A DNA stretch of 63,835 bases, counting the filler, from Folioceros fuciformis (Eukaryota): the NCBI GenBank assembly GCA_049999805.1. It is 13 parts of 13 records of this genome, joined end to end, with 100 filler letters (N's around TTAATTAATTAA, not from the genome) between each part and the next. Parts side by side here need not be neighbours in the genome. Positions count along the whole stretch, not along the records: positions 61,427 to 63,835 come from JBNGIO010004749.1; 12 more parts are not named here. One strand, 5' to 3'. Positions 63,461 to 63,835 of this stretch are shown one piece after another. Position 1 is the stretch's first letter. Each line of letters begins with the position of its first letter. The notes beneath the pieces are model-generated. The model worked only from the letters and a program-made list of their open reading frames with translations, ran no database searches and was not told the DNA's origin. Made by a program: the position numbers and the translations under genes.

Positions 63461-63649
63461 TCTCCACGGGCACACCCTACCCCCTACTTCACATTTTCCA
63501 CGGCCACGGGTTAGCTAGACGATTGTTGTCTTTCTCAACTGCACCACCACTATCTCCTAATCATCCTATTTAATCTAGCCTTATCTAACATAGTTTCCTA
63601 ATTACCTCTACAAAGAATTCTATCAAAACTCCAAAAAAAAACAAATACC

Positions 63650-63835
63650 ACCCATTTTCTAAGAGGCCTATCTCCCCTATGGTCTCCACACCAGCCTTCC
63701 TCCTTCCTATCAGACATTTGTGTCTAGCCAAAATGCATCTCTCAGGGACTCATATGCTGTTGTCGCTGCTGGGAAACCTGCTACTATTAATTTCAATGAG
63801 GTGGTTGGCGCCCTTCTCCAGGAAGAGCAGAGTCG
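63650..63835 (+). mobile_element. Copia gag fragment (continues beyond window)
   Basis: TSLPPSYQTFVSS...INFNEVVGALLQEEQS, a copia gag UBN2-like motif. Confidence 0.7.

Overview
Eukaryotic nuclear DNA from a non-seed land plant, most likely a hornwort. The evidence is compact genes with ~80-170 nt introns, a plant intron-containing tRNA-Met, and PLS-class PPR genes with 'WW' and 'KP/GRP' C-termini. The window is a patchwork of short contigs joined by artificial 44N-TTAATTAATTAA-44N linkers and 100-N gaps. It contains many decayed Ty1/copia, gypsy, LINE and Harbinger remnants, and ordinary genes (GDSL lipase, thylakoid lumenal 15 kDa protein, SYP61, DAWDLE, PMP22/Mpv17, rubredoxin-like, FHY, tRNA-Met). 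It also has two PPR RNA-editing-factor clusters. The most notable observation is that these PPR genes carry an OSB-type 'PDF' single-stranded nucleic-acid-binding motif N-terminal to the PPR array; one of them is an intact DYW:KP(GRP) candidate U-to-C editase. Other notable items are a RIP-mutated, TTAGGG-capped fungal contig, a fold-back inverted duplication of a gene fragment, a P4-ATPase lacking DGET, and captured eL13, Sas10 and centrin fragments. All calls come from reading the sequence and recalling family motifs; no searches were run.
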